DNA of 40,070 bases. Source: Betaproteobacteria bacterium. GTDB taxonomy: Bacteria; Pseudomonadota; Gammaproteobacteria; Burkholderiales; SG8-39. Made by a program: the position numbers and the translations under genes. The stretch covers positions 1-40,070 of the forward strand of contig JACPRN010000048.1 of NCBI GenBank assembly GCA_016189945.1. The letters are read 5' to 3'. Positions 37,577 through 40,070 of the stretch are shown one piece after another. Under the pieces are notes generated by a model, which saw only the letters and a program-made list of their open reading frames with translations, was not told the origin of the DNA and ran no database searches. Position 1 is the stretch's first letter; each line of letters starts with the position of its first letter.

Positions 37577-39940
37577 ATGGGCGAGCGCGAGAAGAGCGGA
37601 TATATCGGGACATCGGTTCCGCGCCGGGAAGACAAGCGCCTTCTGCTCGGCCAGGGCCAGTTCATCGCGGACCTGACGTTGCCCGGCATGCTGCACGTGG
37701 CATTCGTGCGCAGCACGGTCCCTCACGCGCGTATCAAGTCCGTCGACCTCGCGCGCGCCGCGGCCGCCCCGGGGGTCCGCTTCGTGATCAGCGGGATCGA
37801 TCTGGCGAAAGAACTGCCGCCGAAACTGGAACGGGACCACCCGCTTTCGCAGGTGTGGCGCGAGACGATTCCGCATAAGATCTTCCAGCCCCGCGAGCCG
37901 CTGCTCGCCTGGGACAAGGTTCGGCACGTCGGAGAGGCGGTCGCGGCGATCGTGGCCGACAGCCACTACCTGGCCGAGGATGCCGTCGATCTCGCCGTGG
38001 TCGACTACGAACTGCTGCCGCCGGTGGTGGATCCCGAGGCGGCGCTGCGTCCCGATTCGGCGCTCCTCCACGAGCGTTACGGGACGAACGCTCTGGTGGA
38101 GTTCTCGATCACGAAAGGCGACGCGGAAAGGGTGTTCGAGAGCCATCCGCGCACGCTCAAGCGCAGGATTTATCACCACCGTTATGGGGCGGTGCCGATG
38201 GAATGCCGTGGCGTAGCCGCCGCGTACGACGCTCGGGCCGATGCGGTCACGATCTGGTCTTCGACGCAGGTCGTGCACCGGGTGCGAAGTGAAGCGGCGC
38301 TTATTCTCGGCCTGCCGGAGGCGCGCGTGCGCTGCCTCGCGCTCGACGTTGGCGGCGGGTTTGGGGTCAAGTGCCACATCTACGGGGAGGACCTGCTGCT
38401 GCCGTACCTCGCGCGCCGCATTGGCCGTCCGGTCCGATGGATCGAGGACCGGCGCGAGCACCTGCAGGCTGCATGCCACTCACGCGATCAGGTCCACGAG
38501 GCGGAGATCGCCTTCGATGACACCGGGAAGATCCTCGCGCTGCGCGACTCGCTAATCATGGACTGCGGCGCATGGAATCCGATTGGCATCGGCATTCCCG
38601 GCAACACCGCATGCCACATCATGGGGCCATACAAAATCGACAACTTCTCCGTTCACGCGCGCGCCGTCGCGACCAACAAGACGCCCAACGCGCCCTATCG
38701 CGGCGCCGGCCGCCAGGAGGCCGTGCTGGTGATGGAGCGTTTGATGGACCTGGTGGCGCGCGAACTCGGCATGGAACCGACAGCAGTGCGGCGGCGAAAC
38801 CTCATTACTCCCGCCGAGATGCCGTACTCGGTCGGCATTCCGTATCGGGATGGCCAGCCGATCGTCTACGACAGCGGCGACTATCCTCTCGCCTTGGATA
38901 AGGCGCTCGAGGCGATCGGGGGGCTCGATGAGTTTCGCCGGCGCCAGCGCGAGGCGCGCTCAAACGGTCGCTATCTCGGCCTCGGCCTTGGTCTGTACAC
39001 GGAGGGGACCGGCGTCGGTCCGTTCGAGGGGGCGACGGTACGCATCGAGCCTGGCGGCAAGATCAGCGTGGGCTCGGGGGCCTGCCCCCAAGGGCAGGGA
39101 ATGGAAACGATTTATTCCCAGATCACCGCGGATCTCTGGAAGGTAAAGCCGGATGACGTGGTCGTCTCGCTTGCCGATACGGCCGTGATTCCGATGGGCT
39201 TCGGGACGATTGCGAGCCGGTCAACGGTCAACGTTTCGAGCGCGATCTACGTGGCGAGCGAGCGGCTGCGCAGCAAGGTGCTCGCGATTGCGGCCAACAT
39301 GCTCGAGTGCGCGGCGGCGGATCTCGAGTTGCGCGACGGCCGGATAAGCGTGCTCGGCAGTCCCGGCGCATCGGTCTCCCTGGCGGACGTGGAGCGTGCC
39401 TCGCGACCCGGGTGGAATCACCAGCGTCCCAAGGGTGTCGATGCGGGACTGGAGGAAACGTATTATTGGGAGCCGCCGACGGTCACATGGTCATACGCAG
39501 TCCACGCGGTAATCGTCGAGGTCGACGTCCCGCTCGGCCACGTAAAGCTGGAACAATATGCGATCGCGCACGATTGCGGTGTGGTGGTCAACCCGAAGCT
39601 TGCGGATGGCCAGGTCATGGGCGGAACAGTTCAGGGTATCGGCGGCGCGCTCTTTGAAGAGTATTCTTACGACGCCGAAGGCCAGCTTCACACCGGCTCG
39701 CTCGCGGACTATTTGATGCCCACGGCAAGCGACGTCCCGAGCTTCAAACTAGTGCACCTCGAGTCGCCTTCGCGACTAACCCCGCTCGGCGTGAAGGGGC
39801 TCGGCGAGGGCGGGGCGATCGCCCCGCCAGTCGCGATCGCGAACGCCGTGTGCGATGCGCTGGCGCCATTCGGCGTGGAGTTCAACGCGACGCCGATCAA
39901 GCCCGAGGACATCTTCCGCGCGCTTCGCCGCGCCGCGTAG
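37577..39940 (+). CDS. Xanthine dehydrogenase-family molybdopterin-binding large subunit (CoxL-like, not form I CODH)
   Basis: RREDKRLLLGQG, VGGGFGVK, PYRGAGR, QGQG, ASRS, GVKGLGEGG. ATG 37577. Confidence 0.93.
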   Translation: MGEREKSGYIGTSVPRREDKRLLLGQGQFIADLTLPGMLHVAFVRSTVPHARIKSVDLARAAAAPGVRFVISGIDLAKELPPKLERDHPLSQVWRETIPHKIFQPREPLLAWDKVRHVGEAVAAIVADSHYLAEDAVDLAVVDYELLPPVVDPEAALRPDSALLHERYGTNALVEFSITKGDAERVFESHPRTLKRRIYHHRYGAVPMECRGVAAAYDARADAVTIWSSTQVVHRVRSEAALILGLPEARVRCLALDVGGGFGVKCHIYGEDLLLPYLARRIGRPVRWIEDRREHLQAACHSRDQVHEAEIAFDDTGKILALRDSLIMDCGAWNPIGIGIPGNTACHIMGPYKIDNFSVHARAVATNKTPNAPYRGAGRQEAVLVMERLMDLVARELGMEPTAVRRRNLITPAEMPYSVGIPYRDGQPIVYDSGDYPLALDKALEAIGGLDEFRRRQREARSNGRYLGLGLGLYTEGTGVGPFEGATVRIEPGGKISVGSGACPQGQGMETIYSQITADLWKVKPDDVVVSLADTAVIPMGFGTIASRSTVNVSSAIYVASERLRSKVLAIAANMLECAAADLELRDGRISVLGSPGASVSLADVERASRPGWNHQRPKGVDAGLEETYYWEPPTVTWSYAVHAVIVEVDVPLGHVKLEQYAIAHDCGVVVNPKLADGQVMGGTVQGIGGALFEEYSYDAEGQLHTGSLADYLMPTASDVPSFKLVHLESPSRLTPLGVKGLGEGGAIAPPVAIANAVCDALAPFGVEFNATPIKPEDIFRALRRAA

Positions 39941-40025
39941 AACGAATCGCGCACGCCGCAACCGTATTCCGATACGGCTGAATGTCAACGGAACGGATCT
40001 ATCAGCTCGACCGCGAGGAGGAGAA

Positions 40026-40070
40026 ATGGGAACTCGTCTGTCCAATGGAACAATGGCAGTTGCCGCATTC
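40026..40070 (+). CDS. 5' end of a downstream gene cut by the window edge (MGTRLSNGTMAVAAF...)
   Basis: Strong SD GAGGAGGAG before ATG 40026, frame open to the end; could be the start of a signal peptide. Confidence 0.55.
   Translation, partial: MGTRLSNGTMAVAAF

Noticed and set aside
37577-39940. Aerobic CO dehydrogenase (form I coxL)
   Set aside because: Active-site loop is PYRGAGR, not AYxCSFR, and no cox accessory genes are in the window.

Overview
GC-rich chromosomal window, most likely betaproteobacterial (three Bug/TctC solute-binding proteins, a betaproteobacterial-type general porin, PimC/D/F/B-like beta-oxidation genes). I see no rRNA, tRNA, CRISPR array, transposase or phage gene. 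In order: two acyl-CoA dehydrogenases, an NADP-dependent oxidoreductase, an RDD protein, an unannotated 27-aa membrane peptide, GST, SDR and a porin; an ftrA-porin-ftrB-ftrC-ftrD iron-uptake operon behind a Fur-boxed, apparently leaderless hemP and a structured repeat-containing leader; a five-gene operon (Cys-less thiolase-like protein, then two copies of a biotin-less carboxyltransferase + Bug module); hemerythrin; OYE-lpdA-doxX; an XRE-cupin regulator divergent from bicupin-PrpD-DM13; a second beta-oxidation block; a PAS-GGDEF-EAL protein; DUF3891 and a Bug; and a molybdenum hydroxylase whose medium and small subunit genes are fused out of frame by an apparent deletion. The best novelty candidates are the HemP/repeat/leader-ORF switch before a non-heme iron transporter and the duplicated carboxyltransferase operon with a remodelled active site. 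All product calls come from motif recognition by eye; no database search or folding was run.
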